This document shows positions 1 to 14,760 of a stretch of 64,000 nucleotides of DNA, in pieces. This DNA is from Octopus vulgaris. Its lineage: Eukaryota. How positions within the stretch are numbered: position 1 is the first letter of the stretch; the number at the start of each line of letters is the position of its first letter. Where the stretch lies: positions 180,730,001 through 180,794,000 of the forward strand of contig OX597814.1 in NCBI GenBank assembly GCA_951406725.2. Reading direction: 5' to 3'. The position numbers and the translations under genes are program-made. Under the pieces are notes generated by a model, which made no database searches, had not been told where the DNA came from, and saw only the letters and a program-made list of their open reading frames with translations.

Positions 1-675
1 GTAGTGTGTTATGTAATTTTCAACAAAACTTCCTTATCAAATATTTGATTATTTATTCTGATACATAGAGAATGTTGATAAATTTATAAATAAGGTGAAT
101 AAGTATATACTTGGTTATAATCACATTAAATTAAATTAAAATTGTTATTCATTAGTTGTTTGACTCACGTGTTCACTCTTCGGATTATAATCCCAAAATG
201 GATTTTGAGCTATGCTATAAATTATTCCTTCAATAGAATCATAGATACTTAAGAGATAGAACATAAGAAGTGACTACAGCAGATGATCTCGGGGCCTCAT
301 TGATTTTGCTTTCATTCCTTCAATTTCGACGAATTAAGTGCCAATAATGCACTGACATTTATTCATTCTGCTGTACCTTTCGTGCATTTTCATAATACGT
401 ATTATACGTACGTCTACAATTAATTCTAAGGAACACACAACTGTATCATTGAGTTTACAGAAGTGAATATGTTTCTATGCTTGCGTGTATTGTATTCATT
501 CTGCAGCCTATTTGGATTGGACTATAAGAATTATTTCCTACCTAATGAACGTTATTGAAATTAATGAAAAATTAACGATTTTTATGAAATATTGCAAATA
601 TTATGAAAATATAAAGTTAAAGCAACACATCCATTAGAATGTTTATTAAGTTTCTACGTGAAATAACATTATTCA

Positions 676-677
<2 letters not shown>

Positions 678-749
<72 letters not shown>

Positions 750-788
750 CGTGCGTGCGTGTGTGTGTGCGTGCGTGCGTGTGTGTGT
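678..788. repeat. (GT)n/(GCGT)n microsatellite
   Basis: Visible dinucleotide run; source of the spurious MCVCV ORF. Confidence 0.97.
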
Positions 789-2379
789 TTAAATGCATTA
801 AATATAATTTAGTGAAAATAAACTTTGAAGATTTAGCAGTTAGTTCACGTAGTACACTAGAAATACTTTACGCTAGGTAATACAGGAAAGTTGTTACGAT
901 CCACTGTATAACATACTTAAAACTATTTAGTCTAAAGCCAAATCGATACAGAAACATTGGCATGTGATACACATTTAAGTGTATTTATCACTTGAGGATT
1001 TTCTAAAGAAGGTCAAAATATTACTTGTATGACGATAATTCAGCACAACAGTGTTAAGCATGGCAGTTTACAGTCGATATGGTGGAAATCCATATGTTCA
1101 GTGAGAACGAAGGAGGAGTGACAAAACCGCTTTTGACTTATAGATAGTTTATACAGCTGTGTGTGTGTGTATGTGTGTGTGTGTGTGTGTGTGTGCGTGT
1201 GTGTGTGGGTTTTACATAGAGAGAGGGAAAGAAGGAGAGAGAGGGGGGGAAAAAAGAGAGGTTGAATTAATATTAATGCGTTTCGGGTTGCTATTGCATG
1301 GCTGTAATATTTACCTCGTATATGAATAGTATTTCAAATGTCAAATACTTCTTTCTCTGTGGATGGGTAAGACGGATTAAGTTCAACAAATTATTGCTTA
1401 ACTATAAATACAAACAGCAGAGGTTATATATATGAGAACAGATTAATTTAGATAATGACAGAAACTTTGATCAGATTAGTTAAAACTATCGACAAATTGC
1501 TGTTTGAGAAATTATTGTGTGCGTTAGACAGTAGACAAATTGTGTAAAATCAATAACTGTTCAGAAGATTGCGAATTATAACTTTCCATCAGTTGGTATA
1601 TTTACCAACGAAGTTGATATGACTTATCGTCTGAAAGAAACAACGAAACTTTTGAACCGTATGAAGATGTGATTATCGTCTGTGTCTCATGAACAGGATA
1701 GATTCACGATAACATTGGAAATTATCGAATGTCTAAAGAAGTGCAACGTTGATAAATAAGTATGTCTTAATCGAACCGATTTTACAGTATAGTTTCGGTT
1801 CCAAGTTAAATCCATTTTCATTCACTAAATTGTTTTAGCGAACGTCACATTTTCCCATTTAAACTTCTGGGCTGAAACATCGAACCTGTGAACGAATAAA
1901 AAATATATGAATTTATTCATCAAGAAATCCAGTGCTCTTATAATTTTAATAAATTTCAATGTTTTTTTTTTCTGAAAATGGTAGATTTTTGTCGCTATCA
2001 AAAAGATAATTTCAAAGTTTATATTCATATTTTGTAAATATTTTCGTAAGCACCCAAGATTATATTATCCTGAAATGAAATCTTCAGCCGGCCAGTAAAT
2101 AGCAGCTATTATCCTTGCGTAATATTTAATATCTCACGTTTCGATTGTATAGTATCTTGACAATAATCTTGACTGTTTAAATGAATAAGAGTTGATAAAA
2201 CTGAAATGAAAAAATAATTCATATCACTCCCAATTACTTCAGCAATGATAATTGCTGATATGAAGACTGATAAAGTAGATTGTTCACATATCTGATAGAC
2301 AATGCTTCTTCAGCCTACAGCTTAAACAAAGCTGAATAGAAAGACTATGCTTAAGCAAATCACTGATTCCATTTTATCC

Positions 2380-3545
2380 AATTTGTTTCATTACAGCTAT
2401 CTCTACTGATGGACCAACGAGCTTGAGAAATCTTGTCACCTTGATATCTTTCATACATTGTTTACTGTTAGCCTCAGTGTTAACTGTATGCAATATACTT
2501 GTCCAGATGACTATGATTGATGCATTTTACTAATATTTACGTTTATCTTTTATCAAGTCTTTCTAATAAACATTATAAATGCCTTCTCTATAGAAATTAA
2601 AGAAATCCATACACTAGTTTCAGTCTGCTATTCAGAAAGATTATAAGGGATGTATTCTACACAAAGCTAATTTTCTTAAAATCCTTACAATGTGTGGGTT
2701 GTTTAGTAACAACAAACTCTTCTGCTTTCACAGCAAATTTATAAATCGTCATATATATATATATAGTAAAACGTGTGTACTATTCTTCCATGAAGAAGCA
2801 TTCGTTCATTTACATCTATCTTAACACAAATTGAGTCATTTTTGGTAAGTACAGCGAAGATTAAATTCGCTGATGATATTAAAACAACACCAAAATATAT
2901 CCAGAGTTGTCTCTTGTAGTTGCTTTCATATGAAGTAAGTATTTCACTAATATCGTCCTACCATAGGTATATTATTTCTAATTATCTTGTTAACTCATGC
3001 ATATCAATCACTATGACCATTTTTTTTTTTTGTCATTATTACTATTTGGTCAGCGAAGGAATGGCGGGATCTCCGAGAATCGTAATAGAAATAAAGGATA
3101 TACTCTCCAAACGAAAGACCTGGTCCGAATTCTTGCATCAGTGGACTTTACTAAAGGCAAACAAAGAATCAAACGTCGATAATAAACCGGTTGATGGATT
3201 TACTATACAAAACCTACATATGAAGCTATAACTGCAAACATTTATTACTAAAATACCATTTTTGTATGGTAAACTATTTCGCTACTTGTTATCGTATGGA
3301 TCAACTAATGATTTAAGTAGTATATTTTAAAGCCTTTGAACATTAATAAAGATGAAAATCATTGAATATATTTATAATGATTATGATGGATTTGCGTTAA
3401 AGTCGATACTTAGGCCAAAATTCAGTATGATATAGCTAAATTTCTCTCAAATGCCTCCAACTTATCTTTGATAAAATTTTCTGGAGTTTTGGAACCTACT
3501 ACTTCTAAGTGAAGTATGTCAGCATAGAGATACATTCAACGGTTA
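2380..3545 (+). pseudogene. Highly decayed hAT (Charlie/SPIN/Buster-like) transposase relic
   Basis: Manual translation gives ordered remnants ITAISTDGPTS...FIHCLL (2390-), IEIKDILSKR...QNLHMKL (3080-3230) and LEFWNLL (3481-), resembling hAT TDGA, CxxH, LNxKLQG and dimerisation-domain motifs; many stops. Confidence 0.4.
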
Positions 3546-6473
3546 AAACAACACAAGAGGTTATTGCACGATGCATTATACATTTGTATATGGTTTACCA
3601 TGCATAGCATACTTAGCTGGTTATAATTGCTTAGAATAATATAACCTCACTGAAGACTGTACAACATGCTTCAGTGGATATGAACTCAGGAACCCTCTGC
3701 TACTATGCTAGCTAGTTACCATTATGTACCCGATTATTTCAACACTCGGCTGAAGACCAGACAATTACTCAATTACTAGAACTGCATCTATCGATATCAT
3801 GAGATCGTCGATTTCTTTTTTTTTTAATAAGATTCAATATGACTCACCAAGTCAAGAGTCCTCAGCCTGAATAGCATCAACTAGTTGTTATCGAATATCT
3901 TTGGAAGGTTTCTTAAGGCAAAAACATCAGATAACTTCATATCGACTACTTGGACAGAAATCCATACATATCTTTAAATTTATTTATAACTACCCGTTCT
4001 GAGATGTTGCATTGAGCAGAAATACATCTTGTAAATGAGAAAAAGAAAGAAGTGTTATAAAATTAGTTTCAAGTATTTCCTGTGAAGTTAAGACGATGGA
4101 GAGGCAAAAAAAAGATAAGATGCTAGAATAATCACATTATTTGCTTTTGTCTGCCTACATTGAGAAGTTTCAGGGAGCTTGATTTTGACTTTTATCCTTT
4201 TGAGTTCAATAAAATTACTGCCAGGCATCATAAATTATCTTTGGCCCTTGAAAATTTTGATCTGCCAGTGTTTCATAACATTTTACAGAGAAAGACTATT
4301 TTAGGGTGTGAGGCTGAGGGTGAAATATTTTTATTGTTTAAATCAGGGGCGTGACGTTGTGCTCATAACCTGTGCAGCCCCACCAGACTAATGAAATTGT
4401 TATGGTATATGTTCAGCTTGAACATCTGTGTGACGATATATGCAGGAAAAGCCATGGTGGATAGGGATTTCCAGAAAAGGGTTGAAGTTCTGGGAAAGAA
4501 GAAGTAGCCATATCTGTTAGATTAGGGTCTGGGTAGGGAGAAACTGGACGAGTGACGAAAGTAAAAGAAAAAATGGTGGCTGGTGTTATTGAGTGGAATG
4601 GGGAGTGAATATATTTAACTATTTCTGAGAAACAAAGGTCATTGCAGTGGTTTTAGAAAAGGGTGGATGAGGAAACAGCTTGCTTTTGGTCCAGATGTAG
4701 GGGTGTATTCGTGGTACTTTCTGTGTCTTTCTTTTCGATGTGATCTCAGCTATCAGTGTGTGTTGCAGCAGCAGCATTCCCAATGTGGAAATAGTATTCC
4801 GTTGCAGGTCTTGCCTCAGCTTTTAAGAGAATAAGATGTTCGAAGCTGAAATACTGAGCCCCGAAGAAGACAAGTTTTGGGAGCGCAGTTTTTTTTCCAT
4901 ATTACGAAGAGATCATTTGACAGGCTTAGTTGCGTGATGTCCAAAAGCAAAAGTGTTTGAAGAATGTTTTCGGATTTCAAATTTGCATGTGAAGAGGAAG
5001 CTAAAGAGAAATAAAGAGTGATACCATGTATTTGGAATGGGTATTTCTAGAATTGACAAGTAGTTAGTATAGAGGAGGAAGAGTATGTGTGAGATAACTG
5101 AACCTTGAAGTACAATAGAGTTGATAGAATGCAGTTCAGAAAGATATTGCTAATGTGATCTGATAAGATGCTCCCAACACAAGGGACACGAGATAAATAG
5201 CACCTTCAAGTGGGCTGTTTAGCTAAGTGATTCCCATACCAAACACGAACAAAATGTTTTGTCGATGTCAAACGCAACGACGTTATTTTAGCCAAATAGA
5301 CGAAAAGATTACTGATGAATGACATATGAAAGCAGGTCTCTTGTATATATGACTTCTACTAACCTTGTCACGCTACCAGCGGAAGTAGTCTATTTATTCG
5401 CTTTGCCTCATTCTGAGTAATAACATCCGTTAAGTTTCGTTGTAAAATGAATTCTGGTATGGTGATGTTGGTGGGCAGAAGTTTACTATTTGCACTGGAT
5501 AAATTATACCACTTCCATACAAAGTGTTAGGCCTTATACCAAAATCAGAAATCCATATTGGGCCTCTCTGCGTCGATTACACCTAAACTAATATTCACAA
5601 ATATGTGTCAAAAACCAATTTATAATAGTTTATTTACTCTTTGTTAGTTGGTTTCATGTGTCACCAAAAATGTCGACAGCAGCACTTTCTTTCTTAATAA
5701 GTAAGTCCATAGAGTGGTGGTAAAAAATATTGGGTCGTAAAAAGAACGCCCTTTTCTTCATCACTTCCAGGACTGAGAGAGAGGGAGAAATAATTGCAAT
5801 ATTCGATTGGTAGTTTCTTTATCGAGATCAAAAAGATGACAGGGAAAGTCATTCGTACTACAGAGCGCAGAGAACCGGAACAAATACCCCAATGTATTTC
5901 ATCCGATGATTTAACGAATCTGCCGATTCGCCGTCTTTATTGACAACACTAATTATCTGATGTCACTGACATTAATATTTCACCGAATGATTCGCTAAGC
6001 CGTGTTAATTGCTCCCCAGCATTATGGCTTCTATTTCATGTCTTGCCAATATCTATAGTAGTGTTGATAATTATTAACACTGCAAGATCATTGATTTTTT
6101 TTAGCATTCGGATATGATATCAAATTTTGCGGTAGGTGGCATTCAATTAAATTGCCCTCAGTCCTGATTGGTATTTATTTTATCAAATCCAGAAGTACAA
6201 AAATGCAAAAACAGTCTCTGCTGGACAGATCTTGGAGAAAAATTCAGAACGTAAGGAAACATTTTGTTCGACGTTCTCCCATTTCTGTCATCCACCGTAA
6301 TAATGTTAAAAATTAGTGATTTATTTGTCAGACAGTGGAAGGCACTGAAAGGTGGAATCGGAAGGGATAGAGTAAAATTCTTTACAATATTTAGTTGTAG
6401 TCCTTTACATTCTGAATTCTATCCCCGCCGTGGTTGATATTGTCTTTCATCCATCTGAAATCGATAAAATACC

Positions 6474-6680
6474 TATTTCTTTACTACCTACAAGGAGCTA
6501 AACACAGAGGAGACAAACAAGGACAAACAGATTAAGTCGATTGCATCGACTCCAGTGCGTAACTGGTACTTATTTATTCTACGCCGAAAGGATGAAAGGC
6601 AAAGTCAACCTCGGCGGAATTTGAACTCAGAACGTAACAGCAAACGAAATACGGCTACACATTTCTGCCAGCTCGCCACC
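6474..6680 (-). mobile_element. tRNA-derived SINE family A (Nin-like core) nested in an older SINE
   Basis: Matches other family A copies (GGCGAGCTGGCAGAAA head, AAAGAAATA end); TSD GATAAAATACC at 6463-6473 and 6681-6691. Confidence 0.88.
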
Positions 6681-8119
6681 GATAAAATACCAACCAAGTA
6701 CAGGGGTCGATATCGGCAGTTCCCTTCCCCAAAATTTGTGACCTTGTGCCATAAGATATCGATAATTACCGATTTCTTTATCAGGGCAGTAAATGGTAGA
6801 ATCTGTAAATCATAAGATAAAATAATTTGCGTAAGAATTATCTGAGTAATGTGGTGCCTTTCGTAAGATCGGGTGATCTACTATAAACAACGACCTATCA
6901 TCTTAAAAGCGAAAGATCACATTAAATAAACATAACCTTAGACACAATGTTTGAAAAGGACAGGAGGATCACAGTTGTAAGCATTTGTTCGAAGTTTATC
7001 TCCATCATGGTTGATCTGGGGCTAAACTACAGTAACATGCCCATACTGTGTACACTTTCCATAGATTCTACACAAGGGATGGTGGCGACCTGGCAGGACT
7101 TTTAGGACGCCAGACAAAAATGCTTAATAGCATGTATTCCTTCTCTTCGTCCTGAGTTCAAATTCCGCTTTTTATCCTTTCGGGGTTTATAAAATAAGTA
7201 CCAGTTGAGCAGTGGGATCGGTGTAATCGACTGGCTCCCTTCCCCCAACATTTTAGGTATTATGCCTGTGGTAGAATGAAATATTTCTACATAATGCGGC
7301 TCGACAATGAAAGGAAATATTTAAGAACTTATAAAACTGCTGTTGTAGTTGTTTAACCTCCCCAGTTGCAATGCATTGAGAACCACATTTTCCAATATAT
7401 CCGTGTTTTAATTTTCATAAAAGGTAGAGCGTGTGCCTGATTTGGGAGAGATTTCACTGCAATTTCGAATGATCATGTAGAGACTAGTTTTGAGTCGTTA
7501 TGAAACTAATTACTAAAAGCACTGAATATTTTGATATTTTTATTGTGCAAATATCAAAGTAGAAAACATTTACTACAGTGTAATAGATTATAGAAAAGAT
7601 CACGATATTCTACTAATCATCGTACAGCAACTACTTAATTTGTTTTTGACTTAGCACCTAAACCTTTGCCTTCGTGAAATACTCTGGCGCAAATTATCAT
7701 AGCAGAAACAATCTTCGCTAGAGATATTAAGCTATGATCTAAATATCACAGTTGTACAGTGTCAAAATGACATGAATTCAAAATTAATTTTTTAACATTT
7801 CAATATTTCAGAAAAATTAGCGGGTAATTCTCGAACAGCTTTGCATAATATTTAAACACGCTCCCACACAAATGAAAAAAAATGTTCTATTGTTTAAGTA
7901 CATATTCAACAGCTATTATTTGATGTATAAATATGAGGTCATTTGTTGGCGTCTTTTATTGTTTGAGAACTGGTAAAATGTGAAACTCAGAGTCACAGTT
8001 TGTGAAATGTCAGCCTGAAATAAATTTTACTAAATTACCCTTTTTCTGAACTTCATTGTTCTGACTTTCTGTTCTTCTTCAGGATTGTTTTAGACTGTAA
8101 AGATTTTCCTTCCCATATG

Positions 8120-8154
<35 letters not shown>

Positions 8155-8212
8155 CACGCACACACACACACACACAAACTATATTTATATATATATATTG
8201 AGTGAATATATG

Positions 8213-8354
8213 TAGGAGTGACTGTGTGGTAAGAAGTTTGCTTCCCAACCACATGGTTCTGGGTTCAGTCCCACTACGCGGCACTACTATAAGCCTTGGG
8301 CCGACCAAAGCCGTGTGAGTGGATTTGGTAGACAGAAACCGAAAGAAGCCCATC

Positions 8355-8409
<55 letters not shown>

Positions 8410-9290
8410 TCTAGTTGTGTGAATGTCTGTCCCCTTCGATTTAGATTCCTAACTCCTCCCACATTTTGCGGTGCAGTTTAACCAAATTCGGGTATCTTAT
8501 AGTCGTGATTCATATCGAGCCCGTCTGACTATTAGCGCGCATCAACGATGAGTCTACGATTTTTAAAATAATTTAACATCATTTTTTATTCCATTTTAAT
8601 GCATAAAATGCATCGTATGTCGATGGCGGCGGAGTTGGCGTCCACGCTCACAGCTGCACCTGTTTGCTTCTCCCCCTTCCCTCCCTCGTGAAGCTGTGGG
8701 GAAGGGAGTGTAAAGAAATCAACGTCGTAATGCGTTGTGAAGGAAACCAGCGTTCTTTTAGAACAACGACTTCATGGCTTGAAGACACCAAAACAAAAAT
8801 GGCTAAGAAAGCCCGAATTTATAAGGAAAGTAACTCTCTAAAAATGCTTATATAGTTATTTCCCTTACAAACCCGAGCAACGCCGGGCGATACTGCTAGT
8901 TTATATATAAAAGTCAAGTTGGGTGTCTGTCTCCTTCGATTTAGATTCCTAACTACTCCCACATTTTGCGATGCAGTGTAACCAAATGCGGGTATCTTAT
9001 AGTCGTGATTCATATCGAGCCCTTCTGGGTATTAGCGCGCGTCTACGATGAGTCTACGATTAAAAAAAAATTTCCATCATTTTCACCCATTTTTAATGCA
9101 TTTTTTTGCTATTATATAAGGGAAGTAACTCTCTAAAAATGTATTATTAAATCTCAGAACGTAAAAAGCTACAGTAACACCCCTCCTTTGAGGTTAGCCA
9201 TATTGAGATGGCTATTATACTTTACATCTCTAAAAATGCTTATATAGTTATTTCCCTTACAAACCCGAGCAACGCCGGGCGATACTGCTA

Positions 9291-9338
<48 letters not shown>

Positions 9339-9530
9339 ACATGTGTGTGTGTATGTATGTAGGTATGTATTTGCGTGTCTGTGTTTACGTCCCCGTAACT
9401 TAGCAGTTCGACAAAAGAGACCGATAAAATAAGTACTAGGCTTACAAAGAATAAGTGCTGGGGTCGATTTGTTCGACTAAAGACGGTGCTCCGGCATGGC
9501 CGCAGTCAAGTGACTGAAACAAGTAAAAGA
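8213..9530 (+). mobile_element. tRNA-derived SINE family B, split by Helitrons inserted in its internal (TA)n
   Basis: Head AGGAGTGACTGTGTGGTAAG...GGGTTCAGTCCC and tail GACTGAAACAAGTAAAAGA match the copies at 25648 and 28479. Confidence 0.85.
8395..9291 (+). mobile_element. Two head-to-tail non-autonomous Helitrons
   Basis: Each unit ends with hairpin CCCGAGCAACGCCGGG then ACTGCTAG|T (ends at 8899 and 9291); units share 5' and 3' blocks; left boundary is hidden in (TA)n. Confidence 0.85.
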
Positions 9531-9609
9531 CTATAGACACAATACATATACATATATATTTATAGATATCTATATGTATACTTATGTATGTATATGTGAG
9601 TGTTTTGAT

Positions 9610-10131
<522 letters not shown>

Positions 10132-10497
10132 GTCAATTTGAACCTAACTTAATATCTTCTGGTATTGAGTTACGTCTTTTTACTTTCTGTTTTTAGATCA
10201 ATAATCAGGTCCAGCTTACCTTTCATTCTTCTGGGATCGATGAATTAAACGACACTCGATAAAATAAATACTGGGATCGATATAATCCACAATAATCTAG
10301 AAGGCTGTGTGGTATTATGATCACAGCCTAAAATATTAACTAATTCAGCTAATTGTATGTACACACACCGCCTATGCATATACATATATATGTATGTGTT
10401 TATGTTTGTATGTGTGTATGTATATATACTTATGTGTGTGTATGTATTTGTGTGTGTGTGTGTGTATCTGTGTGTATACATACATATATATGTGTGT

Positions 10498-10783
10498 GTG
10501 GAGGCACAATGGCCCAGTAGTTAGGGCAGCGGACTCGTGGTCGTAGGATCGCGGTTTCGATTCCCAGGCCGGGAGTTGTAAGTGTTTATTGAACGAAAAT
10601 ACCTAAAAGCTCTACGAGGCTCCGACAGGGGGTGGTGGCGATCCCTTTCGCCACAACTTTCTCTCACTCTTTCTTCTGCTCGCTTAGCCAGCAGGGGGCG
10701 TCATTTGAAGGCTAAAACAATGCAAATCGCATTGTGACCAGCGATGTGTAGCAATATCTGATAGCCTGGTCGGTCACGGTGAT
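10498..10783 (+). mobile_element. tRNA-derived SINE family C
   Basis: A-box/B-box-like head TGGCCCAGTAGTTAGG...GGTTTCGATTCCC; homologous to copies at 27941 and 50726. Confidence 0.85.
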
Positions 10784-11154
10784 ATATATATACATATCAA
10801 AGTCCAGCAATATATAAAACAATTTAACTTCAGATTAGGAGGATGACTCAATAATATATTGTAGATTACGTATTTATTAATTTTTACGAGGAAAAGATTT
10901 ACAATGGCTTCGAATTTTCGGCTTTGACACCTTTATCAGATTGTAACTTACTTGGATTCATTTTGGTTATATAGAGTCTTTCATAAGTCGTGCTGAGATG
11001 GTTTATTTTGGTCTGATATGGAAATTTGTTATTGTTTACTGTTTATTCAAGTGTGGAAGTAAAGGTGCGTGCGTGTGTGTGTGTATATGCATATATATGT
11101 ATATTCGCATATATATGTTTGTATGTATTATCTATCTATCTATGCATACATACA

Positions 11155-11186
<32 letters not shown>

Positions 11187-11576
11187 AATTACGTGGCACC
11201 TTGGGTAACTGTCTTCTACTACAGCCTTTGGCCGACCAAAGCCTTGTGAGTGGATTTGGTAGACAGAAACTGAAATGTTTCTGTCAAATCTTTAGTAAAA
11301 TGATCTACGGTGGGAGGGAGGAATGAAAGTGTGCTCAATAGTGTAAATCGATTTTCCAGCAAATACTAACATAACGTTAAAGATGAGAAAGTAAATATGT
11401 ATGACGACCTAATGAGAAGCCTACAGTTAGTCTACATGGTACATGTTCAGAATTATACCTATAAATTTACACACTTTGATGAGTAAATAACTGCCCTAGC
11501 ACAAATTTCGAGAATCTGGATGCCACTAAAGAAACACTGTGAAAATATGTAAAACATTCCGTATGTTAAGTATGTA

Positions 11577-12120
11577 TTTGGTTGCCCGGAAAGTTCGCGC
11601 CGATTTTTAAAGGAAAGAAAAAGGTCGATAAATACTTGCCATTACATTTTTAATCAACCAAATGCGTCTCCATCTTTCCTTTAACTTGAAAATACCCTCT
11701 TCCCAAAATTGAGGTGGTCTCATGGCTAATAATTCATTAAGGTATCTTTTTACGTCATCCAAGGAATTGAAATTTTTACCATTAAGACTATTCTGCAGAG
11801 ACCTGAATAAGTGGAAATCCGAAGGAGCAATATCTGGTGAATATGGAGGGTGGGGTAACACATCCCAGCCGAGCTGCAGCAATTTTTGTCTGGTTCCCAA
11901 AGCATCAAGTGCCGAAAAGGAACTTTCTTATCTTCCATTTTAAAGGATTACAGAATTAACGCAGGTTATAGGAACATAAACATTCTGCCACGAAAAGATA
12001 GCTTAAACTGTGCTCTAAATGGAGGTGTAGTCAAATCCTATTTTATGGACTCAACCATGTTCTAAAATAAGTCGAAAGGTAAGCTACTCTATATCGGCAC
12101 GAACTTTCCGGACAACCCAA
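11577..12120 (-). mobile_element. Internally deleted mariner transposon
   Basis: TA-flanked TIRs (TTTGGTTGCCCGGAAAGTTCGCGCCGAT / ATCGGCACGAACTTTCCGGACAACCCAA); C-terminal transposase with HPPYSPDIAPSDFHLF joined directly to the N-terminal MEDKKVPFRHLML. Confidence 0.93.
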
Positions 12121-13141
12121 TACTAAGTCGATATACAGAAGAGGGAACATTGCAAGCGTATGAATGTGTACATATATGTAAGTCAAAACATACAGATCTA
12201 CACAGATAATGAGACCCATATTTGCAAACATACACGTCTTTGCACATGCTTAATGGATACATGTTTACATGCATACCTATGTACATGCATGCATATAATA
12301 CAAGCATGTATCCATACACACACAGACACATACATGCACAAAACTCATGAACATACATTATACATATAGTATGCGTCGCTGTATGTAAACACCAAAATGC
12401 ACAGGAGGGTATACCATTATGCATACACACGTACACACATATAGTCAAGAACATATATGAGTAGAGACAGTATAACATAAGCCTTAGATGAACGCTGTGT
12501 TGGTAGAATCAATCGATCAACGCTCATTGTTCTTATTCCTCGTCTATCGTCTTTGTTTGGGACCAAACGTCTACTTGGTCTGCAAATCAATAGTACACTT
12601 CTCGATAGTTACTTGATAGATCATCGACCACTGGTAGAAGAGTCAGAACAATGTCATAGATTGTTGCTGTTGTTGTTGTTGTTGTTGTTACTGCTGCTGT
12701 TTTCTTAATGGTTTGTTGTTATTTTTTTTTATTGACATTTATATTGCAATTTTTCCCGTTTTGTAATGGTCGTTGAGTAGAGAGAGATGCTATTTCACTT
12801 TGTATGTAAGTGAATATGTATGTATGTATGTATGTATGTACGCATGCATGTGTGCTCGCGCGCGCGAATGCATATTTATGAGTGTGCATGCATGGGAGTG
12901 TCTGAGAGTATGCTCGTGTGCATGTTGCACGTGCATAAAAGTTGTGTACACATTTAGACTTGTATAAATGTGTGTGTGTATATGTGTATGTGTGTGCGTG
13001 TTTATGCTTATGTATATGTATATATGTATGTTATATATACAGTCACACACAAACACATTTACCCACACACGCCTATATACACAAATATATAGCCATACAT
13101 GTACGCATGCATATGGAACTACCATGTATGAAACACTAAGC

Positions 13142-13207
13142 TAATGGTTCTAACTTGGGATCCGCGGACCCCTGGTGGTCCGTGAACTAAATTCAGAATT
13201 TCATATA

Positions 13208-13257
<50 letters not shown>

Positions 13258-13355
13258 AGGATAAGCATATTAGAAAGGTCCGTGAAAAAAGTCGTTTGAA
13301 TAAAAGGGTTGGCAACCGCTGTTGGGAACCACTGTGAAAAGGTTGTGAACCACTG
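13142..13355. mobile_element. hAT-Charlie-type MITE with triplicated right end
   Basis: CAGTGGTTCNCAAC-like termini, internal GGTCCG(C/T)G motifs, possible 8-bp TSD CACTAAGC/CACTAGGC. Confidence 0.6.
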
Positions 13356-13402
13356 CACTAGGCCCTTGAGTCACTTGTGTAGTTGTACAGCAGCAAATAA
13401 CG

Positions 13403-13468
<66 letters not shown>

Positions 13469-14207
13469 CACGGTGGTACTCCAGCATGTCTGCAGCAGCA
13501 TTGCTGAAACGAGTAAATGAATAAAAGAATATATATATATATGTGTATACACACACATATGTGTATGTATGTATGTATGTATGTATGTATGTATGTATGT
13601 ATGTATGTATGTATGTATGTATATGTTGCTCCTTGCTGCATTCAACGTTCCATTGATCCGTTCATTATCTCAGATAAGAGTTTCTTATTTCCATTTCTTT
13701 TGTTTCACATTCAGCTTTTTACTGTTGCCGCAGCTGCTGTTGCTGCTGCTGCTACTTCTGCTGTTGCTGCTACTGCTGCTGCTGCTGCTAGTGTTACTGT
13801 TTGTATTTTCCTCACTATTGCTTTTTGTGGTTGTTCTGCTATTGATGTTGTTTACAACAACTGCAAGGACGACTATTGCTACTGCTCGTACTACTACCAA
13901 AAATAATTATTATTTCCAATTTAAACATAAGGCCAAACATTTTAAGGGTAGGGAGCTAGTCAAGACTAGCGCCACCAGTACTTGAATCTATTTCATTTTA
14001 TTGATCCCAGAAAGATGAAAATTCAAAGTTCACCTAGATGGAATTTACACTCAGGAATATCTTCTCAGACTATTTCTGAATGAAATAGAGCGCAATGCTC
14101 GTAATTTCGTTACAGTTTTTACCTTTACTTATCTGGACGTTCGACCTTAACTACATTCCAAGTATCTTAACCGGACCGTACGTCCAACAACAGATGATAT
14201 AAATCAA

Positions 14208-14238
<31 letters not shown>

Positions 14239-14544
14239 CCAAGGATCGCCCAGAGTTCCCGCGTGAAGCGAGAAACCTATCTTTCTAAGTGGTGAGTTGC
14301 AAGCCCTCTGAATTGTCCTTATAAATGAGTACCCCTGTTATGACATTGTAAATCCTTCAGTATGGTACCGATCACCTTGATTCCGATATGTCTGCCTTCG
14401 TAGCGATAATGCCGTCCTTTAAGCAGTTATGGCCATCCTGCTTTTGATCGCGAGTAGGGTGGTCCTCACCATAACAGTTTACGCAGTAAAGGTTCATTAT
14501 TTTCTGCAATTGTCAAAAAATCTTTCAATATTACTTTCTAAATA

Positions 14545-14760
14545 AAGGCAGCGAGCTGGCGGAATCGTTACTGCATTGGAATGCTTAGCGGCATTTCTTC
14601 CGACTTTACATTCTAAATTCAAATGTCGCTGGAGTCGACTTTGCCTCTCATTCTTTCAGGGTCGATAAAATAAAAACCAGTTGAGTACTGGGGCCGATTT
14701 AATCGACTTGCCCACCCCCGAACTTTCTGGCCTTGTGCCAAAATTTCAAAACCAATATTA
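14545..14760 (+). mobile_element. Diverged SINE family A variant
   Basis: AAGGCAGCGAGCTGGCGGAATCGTTA head plus Nin-like core. Confidence 0.7.

Noticed and set aside
4100-5150. Purine-skewed region, possibly an old LINE on the minus strand
   Set aside because: No motif clear enough to classify.
10498-10575. SINE heads as tRNA genes (also 25648, 28250, 31316, 51290)
   Set aside because: They continue into multi-copy SINE bodies and lack proper acceptor stems.
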